Shown: positions 29,108 through 38,425 of the stretch, piece after piece
How positions within the stretch are numbered: position 1 is the first letter of the stretch
How the letters are laid out: each line of letters starts with the position of its first letter
Assembly: GCA_913043225.1 (NCBI GenBank)
Contig: CAJWLU010000028.1
Span: 1 to 39,560 of the forward strand
DNA from: an uncultured Acidobacteriota bacterium
GTDB taxonomy: Bacteria; Acidobacteriota; Vicinamibacteria; Vicinamibacterales; UBA8438
DNA length: 39,560 bases
Reading direction: 5' to 3'
Made by a program: the position numbers and the translations under genes
The notes under the pieces: generated by a model
What the model saw: only the letters and a program-made list of their open reading frames with translations
Told to the model about the DNA's origin: nothing
Database searches by the model: none

Positions 29108-30208
29108 TTACAGTTCACACGTCCCGTCCACGCAACGGTGTGTGCCGGGGTCGCGGCCGTCGATGGCACGGAGGACGGGGGAGGTCATGTGGCCCCAGCC
29201 GGGGAGGAAAGCCGAAAACCGTCCTTCTTTGCCACCGGCCACGAAGAGGTGGATGTCCTCGGGTGTCGGTACGATCGGAATCCGGGCGCCGGTCTCCCGC
29301 CGATACCAGCGTGGGAGATTGCGGTTGTAGACCTTGCCGTAGCGTCCGCTGAAACTGATGTCGTCGTAGGTATTGGTCGTGTGCGACCACAGATAGCGGC
29401 GGACATCGCCGCGCGTCCAGTTCCTGGACGCGATCGTCGCCGCATGTTCCGGACCGATGACCACGGCGCAGGAACCGCTGCTGACCGCGTTGTTGTGAGC
29501 GATAGTGCTCATCGCCGAGATGATGCTGTCGAGGATGCCCTCTGGGTCGTTAGCCACGTGGTTTGTCACACTGTGCGGGGGCTCGGCGGCAATGCAGAAG
29601 GCCGTGCTCTCGTCTGGCCGATAGCCCTGCTCGACGTGATAGGGCGCCCAGGGGCTGGCCTCTTCGTTCTCGGCGATGCAGAACGTGTACTTGCCGGGGT
29701 GACCTAGCGTGCTCTTGTCGAGGTCGCCAGGCCAGCCGCCCCCCACGTTGAGCAGGATGAGGCGGATGGCGCGGCCGATAGTCGCGTTGGCCCGATGTCC
29801 AGACCCGAACACGTTGGCGCCAGAGTTCAACCCGATCGCCTCGCGTACTGGGCCGTTCACCACTACCAGCGGTGCCGCCATATGGGTGGTGGCTTGGATG
29901 CCGTTCAGATTGAAGTGCGACGTGCAGAGAGCCAGTAGTGCCGTCCTGACGACCGGGGCGTAGGCGGGCTTGCATCCGGCCAGCACGAGATTGATGGCCA
30001 TTACCTCGCGGGTCAGGTTGCCCCATCGAGGCGGCACTCGCACTTCGAGGTGGTCCGGATTGCCACCCAAGGCCTGCACCATCGCGTCCACCGACTGTGG
30101 GGTCGGAGGCACGACCGGCAGCCCGTCGGTCCAGCCTTGCTCGAAATACCACTCGATGAGCCCGGCGGGATCGGTGGGAGTGCTCGTGATTGTCTGTGGT
30201 TCCGACAT
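29108..30208 (-). CDS. Uncharacterised conserved protein, 'WTDGLPVVPPT' family (UGSC partner)
   Basis: GWTDGLPVVPPT, AINLVLAGCKP, QATTH, RANATIGRA, STLGHPGKY, AENEEASPW, GPEHA, VAGG..GRFS; GAGG RBS before ATG 30208; C-terminal CVDGTC. Confidence 0.85.
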   Translation of the reverse strand: MSEPQTITSTPTDPAGLIEWYFEQGWTDGLPVVPPTPQSVDAMVQALGGNPDHLEVRVPPRWGNLTREVMAINLVLAGCKPAYAPVVRTALLALCTSHFNLNGIQATTHMAAPLVVVNGPVREAIGLNSGANVFGSGHRANATIGRAIRLILLNVGGGWPGDLDKSTLGHPGKYTFCIAENEEASPWAPYHVEQGYRPDESTAFCIAAEPPHSVTNHVANDPEGILDSIISAMSTIAHNNAVSSGSCAVVIGPEHAATIASRNWTRGDVRRYLWSHTTNTYDDISFSGRYGKVYNRNLPRWYRRETGARIPIVPTPEDIHLFVAGGKEGRFSAFLPGWGHMTSPVLRAIDGRDPGTHRCVDGTCEL

Positions 30209-30352
30209 GGTTGACCTCGCCACTATACCCCGTGACCGTGGCTGCCGGCCCTCTGGCGGTACTTCGCGCGAATTCAGGCCCGCCCGGCGACCAGGGCGGG
30301 TAACATTGGCGCCAGTAAGCGATATCTCCACGGGTGCCGACGGCACCAGGGA

Positions 30353-32263
30353 ATGGTCGAAGAGATGCAGAGACAGACAGCCGTGGCGCTCACGTTGGTG
30401 ATCTGCTTGACGCCGAAGTTAGCCCTTGCACAACGTGGGGTAACCGACGGGCAGTGGAGAAGTTACGGCGGCGACGACGCCAGCACGAAGTACTCCGCGC
30501 TCGAACAGATCGACGCCGACAACGTGGAGCAGCTCACCGTGGCTTGGCGATGGGAGTCGCCAGACGGCGCCATCGCCGGTGACAACCGACGCCTGACCCC
30601 GGGTGCCTTCAAGGCGACGCCGTTAATGGTTGATGGCGTCCTCTACATCCGGACGTCGCTCAGTGTCGTGGGGGCAGTCGATGCGGCGACGGGCGAGGAG
30701 CTGTGGGTGCGCGATGTCGGTAGCTACGAGATGGGGCGCCCGACCAACCTGGGATGGAACTCGCGCGGCGTTGGCTACTGGAGCGACGGCATGGAGTCAC
30801 GTATCTTCCTGGCGACGGGCGACGCGCATCTGTGGTCGTTTGACGCGGCCACCGGCCGCCCGATTGGTGGCTTCGGCGCCGACGGTAAGATCGATCTCAC
30901 GCAGGGCATGCGGCGAGAGGTCGACCGACGCGCCTACACCGTGATCTCGCCGCCGATGATCGTCGGCGACGTCGTGATCGTGAACTCTTCGATTTCCGAC
31001 GGGCCTCGCTATCAACAGGCGCCTCCGGGCGACATCCGCGGGTTCGATGCCAGAACGGGAGAGCTTCGTTGGACGTTCGAGACCGTGGCACAGGCGGGCC
31101 AGTTCGGCAACAAGACCTGGGAGGACGACTCCTGGACCTATACCGGCAACGCGAACGCCTGGTCGATCATGAGCGCCGATCAGGAGCTGGGCTACGTCTA
31201 CCTTCCGATCGGGACGCCGACCAACGACTGGTATGGCGGCCATCGGCTCGGCGACAACCTTTTTGCCGAGAGCCTGGTGTGTCTCGATGCGGCCACCGGC
31301 GAGCGGGTCTGGCATTTCCAGATGGTGCACCACGGGCTGTGGGACTACGACCTGCCGGCGGCACCCACCCTGGTGGACGTGACCGTCGACGGGCGAGAGG
31401 TGAAGGCGGTGGCTCAGGTGAGCAAGCAGGGGTTCACCTACGTCTTCGACCGGGTCACCGGCGAGCCGATCTGGCCGATCGAGGAGCGTCCGGTAGCCGC
31501 GTCGACGGTCCCTGGCGAGCGCGTGGCGCCGACCCAGCCGTTTCCGACTAAACCGCCTGCCTTCGAGCGGCAGGGCATCTCTGTGGACGAACTAATTGAC
31601 TTCACGCCTGAGCTGAGAGCCGAGGCGGAGGAGATTCTGTCGCGATACGAGTACGGCGATCTGTTTCATCCGCCCTCGCTGAAAGGGACTATCCAGATGC
31701 CCGGGTGGGCTGGCGGGGCGAACTGGCAGGGCGCTGGGTTTGACCCCGAGTTGGGCTATTTATTCGTTCCGTCTCGCACCAGCCCGATTTCGGTTAGCCT
31801 CCAGGATGCTGACCCCTCCGGCTCAGATTTTCGGTATATCCGTGGTCGTAGCCCACTGCGTGGTCCGCAGGGGTTCCCACTGGTGAAGCCGCCGTACACG
31901 CGGCTGACCGCCATTGACTTGGAGACTGGCGAGCACGCCTGGCAGGTGCCGTTCGGAGATGGTCCAAGACAGCGCGTGATCGCGCTTGGCGCGCCGGATC
32001 CTGGGCCGCTCGGGGGCGCCGCCTTCACCGGACCAGTGGTGACCAAGACCCTGCTCCTCATTGGGATGAACGATCGACAGGCGGGCGAGTCGCAGGTCCT
32101 TGTGGCGTTCGACAAGGCAACGGGCGAGCAACTGGCGACGGTGGCGTTGCCCGAGAGTGTCGCCGGCACGCCGATGACCTACGAGGTCGACGGACGGCAG
32201 TTCGTCGCGGCGGCTTTCGGCGGCGGCTCGACGGCCGGTTTGCTCGCGCTGGCGCTGCCGTAG
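30353..32263 (+). CDS. PQQ-dependent dehydrogenase (quinoprotein glucose-dehydrogenase-like), secreted
   Basis: W.SYGGD..STKYS.L.QI, ATPLMVDG, repeated DAATG..W propeller motifs, WHFQMVHHGLWDYD, PMTYEVDGRQFV. Confidence 0.92.
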   Translation: MVEEMQRQTAVALTLVICLTPKLALAQRGVTDGQWRSYGGDDASTKYSALEQIDADNVEQLTVAWRWESPDGAIAGDNRRLTPGAFKATPLMVDGVLYIRTSLSVVGAVDAATGEELWVRDVGSYEMGRPTNLGWNSRGVGYWSDGMESRIFLATGDAHLWSFDAATGRPIGGFGADGKIDLTQGMRREVDRRAYTVISPPMIVGDVVIVNSSISDGPRYQQAPPGDIRGFDARTGELRWTFETVAQAGQFGNKTWEDDSWTYTGNANAWSIMSADQELGYVYLPIGTPTNDWYGGHRLGDNLFAESLVCLDAATGERVWHFQMVHHGLWDYDLPAAPTLVDVTVDGREVKAVAQVSKQGFTYVFDRVTGEPIWPIEERPVAASTVPGERVAPTQPFPTKPPAFERQGISVDELIDFTPELRAEAEEILSRYEYGDLFHPPSLKGTIQMPGWAGGANWQGAGFDPELGYLFVPSRTSPISVSLQDADPSGSDFRYIRGRSPLRGPQGFPLVKPPYTRLTAIDLETGEHAWQVPFGDGPRQRVIALGAPDPGPLGGAAFTGPVVTKTLLLIGMNDRQAGESQVLVAFDKATGEQLATVALPESVAGTPMTYEVDGRQFVAAAFGGGSTAGLLALALP

Positions 32264-32283
32264 GTTTTGTCACCGACGGCTGG

Positions 32284-32529
32284 ATGTTCACCGAAGGAAG
32301 AGACCCGGGGTGCCCCTCCTTTCGGACCGGTGTCGCTCTTTCGGCGCTGGCGACGATCGCGTGGCTCTGGTTAGTGGGCCACTTCTCGGACGACTGTTCC
32401 TACATTCACACCCAGGGCATGAAAGCCAGTTTCTGGGACGGGCTCGTGCCGAGGAGGTCGTTCATCAGCCTGCCGCTCGGCTGGATTCTCAGGCTGATGC
32501 CTCGTTTGGAGTATGTCTTCGCGTCTTGA
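32284..32529 (+). CDS. Possible small membrane ORF or gene remnant
   Basis: 81-aa ORF with one hydrophobic segment filling the gap between neighbours; no recognisable motif. Confidence 0.3.
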   Translation: MFTEGRDPGCPSFRTGVALSALATIAWLWLVGHFSDDCSYIHTQGMKASFWDGLVPRRSFISLPLGWILRLMPRLEYVFAS

Positions 32530-33772
32530 CGACTTGCGGGAGCTACCCGGACGGTGGCTGAGTTGGCTATGGCTCGCCGTAGCTGCGGTTGGACTGACGT
32601 CCGGTCTGCTGTTGAACGACCAGGTCGCGTCCGATCCGCATGCGCTAGGGCCCCACACGATCAGTTTGCTTGGCCCGCTGGTCGGAGCTACGGCCTTCTT
32701 GACCGCTGCCTGCCTGCTTGATCGGCTGACAGGGTCCACGCTGCTGGCAATGGGCGGTCTGTTTATCGTCCTATGCCTTCCATTCGTCGGGATGCTGGGC
32801 GCCCCGATCGTCCATCTCGAGGGAGATGACTCATTCCGCTACAGCACCTACGCCCATCACATCCTTACGGAACGGACCCTCTGGGGCGCCGACGGCCTGT
32901 TGCACGATGTGCCCTACTACGTCGACCAGCCTGGCTACCGCTATGTGCTTGCCGCGACGATTGCGCTGCTGGGAGGCGAGCATCGCGGGCTCCAGTTGTT
33001 CGACATGGGGGTGATGCTGGCCGGCACGGTCGGCGCGCTCGTGGCCGTGTCCTCACGTGGCGACAGGCCGGCCACTATGGCTCTCGCGGTGTTCCTGCTC
33101 GCTGCCTCCCCTTACGCCGCGAAGAACATCCTCTATGGCTACACGGAATGGTTTGCGGTACTGCTCTGTATGCTGGCCACGTGTCACGTTCTGAAGAGGC
33201 AGTGGCTGGTCGCGATGGTGATGCTGGCGCTAATGCCATTCGTGCGTCAGAACCTGCTGGTGGTCTCGATGGTTCTGGCGGCGACGGTGTTGATCCTCAC
33301 CCGCCGCTATTGGCTAGGTCTCCCTTATTTGGCGCTCCTCGGACTGCCGCTGTATCACAACGTCCATTACGCGGACCGGTGGCAGTTCCTAGTCACCAAT
33401 CGTGGTGTTGAGGTCGAGCTTGAGGCCGGGTGGTTGGGGACCCTGCGCGAGGTGATGGTCGCGGCAGCGTCGAAGGTGCCGCACTACCTCGGTTACCACC
33501 CCGACCAGGATCTGGGCACGATCGCGATCGCGGTCATGTTCGTGCCGCTGGGCACCGGGCTGGCTGGGTGGCTCCTGTCGAGGCTCGAAGCGCCGGGCCG
33601 GTGGGTGCTGGCGGCGGTGGCCGTGGCAGCCATTGCGCCGACGCTCGTGCTTGGGCACGGGTCGTACCCGAGGTTCGTCTACGTGAATCTGGCGGTGATC
33701 GTTCTGTCCTACTGGATGGTCCGAGCGCTTACAGGTCGCCGAACTTCTTCCCCTCGTCGGCCAGACGCTTGA
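32513..33772 (+). CDS. Polytopic membrane protein, possibly a GT-C-fold glycosyltransferase
   Basis: Many TM helices; early loop GDDSFRY..YA and DQPGYRY; later TE..A and RQN motifs resembling ArnT/PMT-like proteins. Confidence 0.6.
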   Translation: MSSRLDDLRELPGRWLSWLWLAVAAVGLTSGLLLNDQVASDPHALGPHTISLLGPLVGATAFLTAACLLDRLTGSTLLAMGGLFIVLCLPFVGMLGAPIVHLEGDDSFRYSTYAHHILTERTLWGADGLLHDVPYYVDQPGYRYVLAATIALLGGEHRGLQLFDMGVMLAGTVGALVAVSSRGDRPATMALAVFLLAASPYAAKNILYGYTEWFAVLLCMLATCHVLKRQWLVAMVMLALMPFVRQNLLVVSMVLAATVLILTRRYWLGLPYLALLGLPLYHNVHYADRWQFLVTNRGVEVELEAGWLGTLREVMVAAASKVPHYLGYHPDQDLGTIAIAVMFVPLGTGLAGWLLSRLEAPGRWVLAAVAVAAIAPTLVLGHGSYPRFVYVNLAVIVLSYWMVRALTGRRTSSPRRPDA

Positions 33773-35834
33773 GGAGCGGCGCTGGTTCGAGCCATTCGCC
33801 GTGTTCGTCGTGGAGCCGGCTCATGACGTCGTAGATCGTCTTCACGCCCACGAGATCGGCCCAGAACATTGGGCCGCCGCGGTAACGTGGGAACCCGTAG
33901 CCGTTCATCCAGATCACATCGATATCGCTAGCACGGAGGGCGAGCCCCTCTTCGAGGATCTTGGCGCCCTCGTTGACGAGCGCATACATGCAGCGCTCGA
34001 GGATTTCCTGATCGGTTACCTGACGCCGCGTGAGGCCCTGCTCCTCCGAGATCGACACGATGAGCTGCTCGATCTTCGGATCTGGGATCGGCGTCCGGTT
34101 ACTCTCTTCGTACCGATACCAGCCGGCCCCGGTCTTCTGACCGAATCGGCCCAATTCGCAGATCCGATCAGCCACCGTGGAGTAGCGGAGATGTTTCGGG
34201 CGTGTGGCCGCCTGGCCCTGCCGAATCCTCCAGCCGACGTCCAACCCAGCGAGGTCCGCCATGGTGAACGGACCCATTGGGAGACCGAAGTCAAAGATCA
34301 CTTTGTCGATCTGCTGTGGGGTGGCGCCTTCCTCGAGGAGGAAATCGGCCTGCCGACGGTAGGCATATAGCATCCGGTTGCCGACGAAACCGTCGCACAC
34401 GCCAACCAGCACGCCGATCTTTCCGATGCGCTTCGACAGCCACATGATGGTGGCGATCGTCTTGGGCGAGCTGGCCTCGCCGCGGACGTTCTCCATCAAC
34501 TTCATGACGTTGGCCGGACTGAAGAAGTGAGTACCGATCACTTTGTCAGGACGAGAGGTGACGCTGGCGATCTCGTTCACGTCGAGTGTCGATGTGTTCG
34601 TGGCCAAAACCGCCTCGGGCTTGCAGATAGAGTCGAGCGTGCCGAATACCTCTTTCTTTAGGGCCATATTCTCGAACACGGCTTCAATCACGACGTCGGC
34701 CTGGGCCAGGTCGGCGTAGTTGAGTGTGGTCGAGATCAGGCTGAGCCGCTGGTCCATCTCTTCCTGCGAGAGCCGTCCTTTCGAGACGGTGGCGGCGTAG
34801 TTCTTCTTGATGGTCGCTATTCCCTTGTCGAGTGCCTCCTGAGAGACTTCGAACACCTGCACCGGGATTCCGGCGCCAGCAAAGTTCATGGCGATGCCGC
34901 CACCCATGGTGCCGCACCCGATGACGGCGGCCGCGTCCACCGGCTGGGTCGGTGTGTTCTTGGGGACGTCGGGAATCTTGGCTACTTCCCGTTCAGCGAA
35001 GAACGCATGCCGCTGCGCCTTGGACTGGTCGGAGGCTACCAGCTTCAGGAAGCTGGCGCGTTCATAGGCCAGCCCCTCCGCGAACGGCTTCGTGACGGCC
35101 GCTTCCACACAGTCCACACAGGCGTAGGGAGCGTCGAAGCCACGGGCGCGGCGGGCCATTTTCTGCCGGAACTCGTCGAACAGCGCCGGGTTGTCCCGCG
35201 CTTTAGCGAGACGTTCGTCGAGGGCCGAGGCGCGGCGCACCGGGGCGCCTCCGTCAGCTAGTTCGAGAGCCTGGGCTACGGCGGCTGCCACGACGTCACC
35301 GTCGACAACCCTGTCCAGGATGCCCAGAGCGGACGCCTTGGCGGCCGGCAGCATCTTTCCGCTCACGATCATGTCGAGCGCGGCGGACACCCCGATCAGA
35401 CGCGGCATCCGCTGCGTGCCCCCCGCCCCCGGGAGGATACCGAGCGTTACCTCCGGCAGCCCGACCCGGGTGCCCTGGGCGGCAAGGCGCACGTGGCAGC
35501 CGAGGGTCAGCTCGCAGCCACCGCCGAGTGCGACACCGTGAATGGCGGCCACCACGGGCTTGTCGAGTGCTTCCAGCCGGTCGATAAGATCTGGCAGCGG
35601 AGGTGTTCCTTTGGGCGGTGTCTTCCCGAACTCCCGGATATCGGCGCCGCCGCTGAACATCTTGCCGTTCCCTGTTAGCACGATGCCGAGGACGTCGGCA
35701 TCGTCGGCCACCGTGTCGAGTACCTGTTTAAGACCGGTACGAACGGCGAAGCCCAACCCGTTTACCGGAGGGTTATTCAGGGTGATGACGGCGATGCCGT
35801 TTTGGTGCGAAACGGAAACGGCGTCTTCAGACAT
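33729..35834 (-). CDS. Bifunctional enoyl-CoA hydratase / 3-hydroxyacyl-CoA dehydrogenase (FadB/PimF-like)
   Basis: NPPVN, FSGGADI, ALGGGCE, PGAGGTQR, GCGTMGGG, ATNTSTLD, HFFSPANVM, GFVGNR. Confidence 0.95.
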   Translation of the reverse strand: MSEDAVSVSHQNGIAVITLNNPPVNGLGFAVRTGLKQVLDTVADDADVLGIVLTGNGKMFSGGADIREFGKTPPKGTPPLPDLIDRLEALDKPVVAAIHGVALGGGCELTLGCHVRLAAQGTRVGLPEVTLGILPGAGGTQRMPRLIGVSAALDMIVSGKMLPAAKASALGILDRVVDGDVVAAAVAQALELADGGAPVRRASALDERLAKARDNPALFDEFRQKMARRARGFDAPYACVDCVEAAVTKPFAEGLAYERASFLKLVASDQSKAQRHAFFAEREVAKIPDVPKNTPTQPVDAAAVIGCGTMGGGIAMNFAGAGIPVQVFEVSQEALDKGIATIKKNYAATVSKGRLSQEEMDQRLSLISTTLNYADLAQADVVIEAVFENMALKKEVFGTLDSICKPEAVLATNTSTLDVNEIASVTSRPDKVIGTHFFSPANVMKLMENVRGEASSPKTIATIMWLSKRIGKIGVLVGVCDGFVGNRMLYAYRRQADFLLEEGATPQQIDKVIFDFGLPMGPFTMADLAGLDVGWRIRQGQAATRPKHLRYSTVADRICELGRFGQKTGAGWYRYEESNRTPIPDPKIEQLIVSISEEQGLTRRQVTDQEILERCMYALVNEGAKILEEGLALRASDIDVIWMNGYGFPRYRGGPMFWADLVGVKTIYDVMSRLHDEHGEWLEPAPLLKRLADEGKKFGDL

Positions 35835-35917
35835 GCAGGAAACCTCGGGATGACGGAAACGGGCGGGACTGTTGCGGCGGGAATTATAGCGCGGGAGGGC
35901 GGGTTGCGGGCTGACGG

Positions 35918-37474
35918 CTACACTAGCTCCTTGGCCACGTGCTTCCGGCCAGACAGGATCTCGTAGAAGTCCTCCCGGATCGGACCCTGCTTGGTCAGCA
36001 TTGAGATAATCGGCACGGCTACGAGTGGGACGAAGAACGTGGGATACGACGGATCGATGCCTTCGCCGTCGACGGTGAAGCAGTAGGCCAGAATCTCGCG
36101 GAGCAGTCCGGAGCCCTCAGGCGCCGTGAACCCGACGGCAAGCGAGATCTTGATGGCCGCGAACCAGATGAGCCCGGACCCGTAGCCGACGGCCATACCC
36201 CAGTAGGCGCCCAACTCCGTGGTGCGTGGCCAGTAGACGACGTAGGCCACCGAAAGTGCTGGTGGCACCACCATGGCAAAGCCAAACAGCAGCAGATCCA
36301 GAATAGACACGTTGGTATAGGTGGCGACGACCCAAGCCGCTAGGGCTGCGACGAACGCGTAGATCGTGGTCGTGATCTGGTACGCCTTGAGCTGCTTCTT
36401 CGATGAATAGTTTCGTGTGAAGGGGAGCCAGTCCCTTACGAACATGGTGGCGCTCGAGAGGAGAATCGGACCACCCGACGAGATGACGGCGGCGAGGACG
36501 GCGGCTATCGCCACGCCGCCCACGACAGGACTGATCTCGGAGGCCAACGTGGTCAGGTTCCGATAGCCACCGAGCCCGGCGTCGAGACCGTAGCGCGCGG
36601 TGGTCAGGATGCCGATCAGGCCGGCCAGAATCGGCATCGCCGCGCCGATCAGGCCGCCGAGGAGAAAAGCCGGCGCAATGCTGCGCTCGGCGCGGGCGGC
36701 GGTGGAATAGTTCGTATAGATTGACGCCGCTGGGGTATGGACCGCAGCAGCGAAGAACATACCGAACACTGGGAGCCAGCCAGCGCCGATAAAGCCCCAC
36801 CAGGCAGCCTCGCTCCGGGACGCCGTGGCTAGGTGTTCGCTGATGCTGGCCTGCACGCCCGTCCAGCCGCCGAGCTGGTCGATGCCCATGAGGCCGACAG
36901 CGCCCAGCCCGAGCAGAACTACGGTGCAGTGGATGAGGTTCGAGACCGCGGTGCCCCACAGTCCTCCAAGTGACACATAGGTAGCGAAGATCACGGCCGC
37001 CACCATGACCCCGCCAAACATCGAAAGCGGCGTCAAAGTGCTGAGGATGACCCCGATCACGTACGCCTCGATCAGGTTGACGATGGCGTACTCGGTCTGC
37101 ACGCAGAGGCTGGTTAGCCATTGACAGCGGCGGGTGCCGTAGCGGATCGTGAAGATCTCACCGACGGTGTGGAGTTTGGCCCGTCGATAGTAGATGCCGA
37201 AGAACAGTCCGACGATGGCCAGGGCCAGGAAGGTGTTGATGCCGTACCACCAGAGGTTCCAGACCCCTCCGCTGATGACGTCGCCGGCGACGCCATAGGT
37301 GCCAGCTCCACCGATCCGGGTGCCCGCGACGCCGAATGCGACCATCGAGGTGGACATCCCGCCGCCGGCCACAGCCCACCCCGCCGAGCTGCGCGACCGC
37401 CGGGCCATGAGGCTGCCCACGGTCGTCACTACAACGAGGTAGACGACAATGACGCTGATGGCGATGGCGTCCAT
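35918..37474 (-). CDS. Sodium:solute symporter (SSS) family protein
   Basis: About 13 TM segments; W.VAG, TVGE....RYG, YVSLGGLWG, LAAVISS, TTELGAYWG. Confidence 0.88.
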   Translation of the reverse strand: MDAIAISVIVVYLVVVTTVGSLMARRSRSSAGWAVAGGGMSTSMVAFGVAGTRIGGAGTYGVAGDVISGGVWNLWWYGINTFLALAIVGLFFGIYYRRAKLHTVGEIFTIRYGTRRCQWLTSLCVQTEYAIVNLIEAYVIGVILSTLTPLSMFGGVMVAAVIFATYVSLGGLWGTAVSNLIHCTVVLLGLGAVGLMGIDQLGGWTGVQASISEHLATASRSEAAWWGFIGAGWLPVFGMFFAAAVHTPAASIYTNYSTAARAERSIAPAFLLGGLIGAAMPILAGLIGILTTARYGLDAGLGGYRNLTTLASEISPVVGGVAIAAVLAAVISSGGPILLSSATMFVRDWLPFTRNYSSKKQLKAYQITTTIYAFVAALAAWVVATYTNVSILDLLLFGFAMVVPPALSVAYVVYWPRTTELGAYWGMAVGYGSGLIWFAAIKISLAVGFTAPEGSGLLREILAYCFTVDGEGIDPSYPTFFVPLVAVPIISMLTKQGPIREDFYEILSGRKHVAKELV

Positions 37475-37489
37475 GACGAGGCCGCTGCG

Positions 37490-38023
37490 CTACCCGGTGA
37501 TGGCCGACACAATCGAGTGATAGGCGGCGCGCGCCTTCTCGTGCATTTCTTCGTCAGTCGAACCCTGGACCGGATGAGGAACGAAGATCGACGCCTCCGC
37601 CATTTCGGGCATTCCGAGCGCGGCCGCCTGGGTTTGGGCCGCGTGGACAAACTCCGATGAGGCGATCATCACCGACGGGATGCCTCGCGCTTCGTAGTCG
37701 ACCAGGTCGTGCACACTGCACGACGTGCAGGACCCTCAATCGGCGAGGGCCTGGATGACCGCCCGGCACCGTGAGGCTACCTTGGCCCGGAGGTCGGATG
37801 GTGACGGCTTGGTATAGGTGGGCTTGCGTAGTCGGATGATCTCCAGATCGGGAAGGTCTGCTCTCAGGAGCCGTTCCACTTCATTCAGGAAGACGTCGCC
37901 GCGCGGCTTCGCGATGTCGATCAGTCCCAGGGGACCAGTCAGCTGGTCGGGCCGCGTGGCTGGACGACGCCCAATCGGCTCCTGTTCAGCCGTGGGGTCA
38001 AGAATCACCAGTGATCCACTCAT
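37490..38023 (-). CDS. UGSC-family selenoprotein, copy 2 (177 aa; Sec at TGA 37736-37738)
   Basis: ORFs 37736-38023 and 37490-37714 are in frame: ...AVIQALAD-U-GSCTSCSVHDLVDYEARGIPSV...FVPHPVQ; same SECIS-like hairpin as copy 1. Confidence 0.9.
37706..37724 (-). promoter_or_regulatory. Bacterial SECIS-like hairpin, copy 2
   Basis: mRNA: UGA-GGGUCCUGCAC-GUCGUGCA-GUG-UGCACGAC; identical to copy 1 except one loop base. Confidence 0.8.
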
Positions 38024-38059
38024 GACGTACCCTGTCGGGAGAGCCTCACTCTATCACCG

Positions 38060-38425
38060 CTATCTGCAAATTTCCCGGGTGACCGCCATCGAACCCATGG
38101 TGCCACTGGCCCAGCCGCCGAGGAACGCCGAGAACTTCCCGGCAGTGCCTCCGCCCACCATGATGAGGATGTCGGAATTCTCCTTGAACTTGGGGACAGG
38201 TCGGGCTAGAGCTTCCTCGGTCGGCTGTCCGTCTGGTCCCTTCCAGTCCGGTGGCAGACCGGCCGGCACCGTGCCTTTCTGGCACTCGTCGTTCGGCAGC
38301 AGGTCGCGAAGTGGGCGGGCCGTCACCTCCTGGATCCTCGCCCGCAGGTCCGCTTTGCTGTAGCCGTCGGCCTTGAAGGTGCGGGCATGCTCGGGGCTGA
38401 CCACTAGGAGCACCTCGCCCATGCG
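38060..38425 (-). pseudogene. C-terminal fragment of a second 'WTDGLP'-family UGSC partner gene, 5'-truncated at the breakpoint
   Basis: GEVLLVVSPEHARTF..GYSKADLR...DILIMVGGGTAGKFSAFLGGW matches GSCAVVIGPEHAATI..NWTRGDVR...DIHLFVAGGKEGRFSAFLPGW of 29108-30208. Similarity stops near 38425. Confidence 0.8.

Noticed and set aside
380..37660. Many long antisense and alternate-frame ORFs in the track (for example 380-1516, 5512-6348, 36117-37121)
   Set aside because: Expected shadows of high-GC coding sequence; they overlap well-supported genes and lack motifs.
28705..37742. The 37-bp near-identical pair as att sites or direct repeats of a 9-kb mobile element
   Set aside because: Both copies lie at the same position inside paralogous genes and coincide with the Sec codon and hairpin; no recombinase is present.
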